From assembly GCA_038087875.1 (NCBI GenBank), contig CM075996.1, forward strand, positions 5,954,001-6,018,000: a stretch of 64,000 nt of DNA, written 5' to 3'. The notes under the pieces are model-generated. The model did not search any database, had not been told where the DNA came from, and worked only from the letters and a program-made list of their open reading frames with translations. This stretch comes from Malacoraja senta (taxonomy: Eukaryota). Each line of letters opens with the position of its first letter. Within the stretch, counting starts at the first letter, position 1. This document shows positions 63,129 to 64,000 of this stretch, one piece after another. The position numbers were made by a program, and so were the translations under genes.

Positions 63129-64000
63129 GTTTAAATTTAGGAAAGTCAGCTGGAACAAATTAATTTAAAGAGCAGTAGAGCTGTGGGAACGTTAAGTCGG
63201 GGTCCTTTAAGTGTGGAAGCAAGATGACAATGGGTGTATTTATGGAAGGAGCTCACAAGAGAGGATACATTTTAAAATCATTTACATAGAATCGTGCATG
63301 TTTAAATACAACTAATGAAGTATGTTTGAACTGCAGTCAGTTTGTTAATATAAATTACACGTCAGTGGATGAGCTCAGCAGACTTCCATAAAGTGTCACT
63401 GATATAAATGAATAATCTTTTCTAATGATTTGATTGTGAAATAAATACCATCCAGCATACCTGGATAATTTTCCTGGGCATCTGCAGAATGCTGCATGGA
63501 ACCATTTAGCTCTGAGAAGGGAGAGTGGGCCTGGGATGAACGTCCGTCTCAATGATGAATCTATACTTTTGATGTGTGGTCACTGATGAAAACTTGTAAT
63601 ATGTGAAATGCTACAGCCAATTTACACATATCAAGGTCTCAACAGGAATGTGGTAGTAATTAGGTTATCTTCCTTAGTGATCGAAAAGCAAAAATATTCA
63701 GATGTTGGAGTAGATTATTCGACCTCTGTGGAGACAGAAAACAAGTTAACGTTTCAGGTTGATGAGTGTTCTGATAATATCAATGTAAAACAATAATTCT
63801 GTTTTTCCCTTCACAGAAGCTGTCTGACCTGCTGAGTATCTTCAACATTTTCTCTTTTTGATCTCTTTTAGTGACCTTAGTGTGGGATAGCAGTTGAGGC
63901 CACAGTGTAAAGTTTCATCCCAAAGTGGTAGTAGTTCATTGTTCTGTCAATATTGCACCTGGAGGTGCAGCCTAAATGTTTTGCTTGAATTCTCCAGTGC

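Noticed and set aside
1..64000. CRISPR arrays, prokaryotic operons, rRNA or endogenous viral genes
   Set aside because: No regularly spaced repeat-spacer array or such coding content seen; the repeats are explained by eukaryotic transposons.

Overview
AT-rich vertebrate genomic DNA, most likely from a cartilaginous fish (skate or ray). This is inferred from HE1/V-SINE-type SINEs and the CR1/Penelope/Rex1 repeat spectrum. The window looks like the interior of a large intron or intergenic region and has a 200-N gap at 37745-37944. No complete host gene is present: there is one good 48-nt candidate exon (43593-43640, +) and a weaker 103-nt one. The rest is a dense transposon landscape: three Tc1 copies of two families (one Passport-like), a hAT with 8-bp TSD, a young 5'-truncated L1 with an uninterrupted >1100-codon ORF2 and 16-bp TSD, L2, Rex1, RTE, CR1 and Penelope fragments, a Harbinger-type MITE and a Helitron-like 3' end. 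Two signals stand out. (1) About 15 copies of a short Penelope terminal repeat, many carrying minimal hammerhead-ribozyme cores (CTGAAGA...GAAACGTC), occur as TSD-flanked mini-inserts, a perfect 89-bp-arm palindrome and a ~219-nt tandem retrozyme-like unit. (2) Two near-identical ~1.04-kb non-autonomous DNA transposons lie in opposite orientation 51 kb apart, each with an unusual 7-bp TSD. All family assignments come from motif recognition by eye; no database searches were run.
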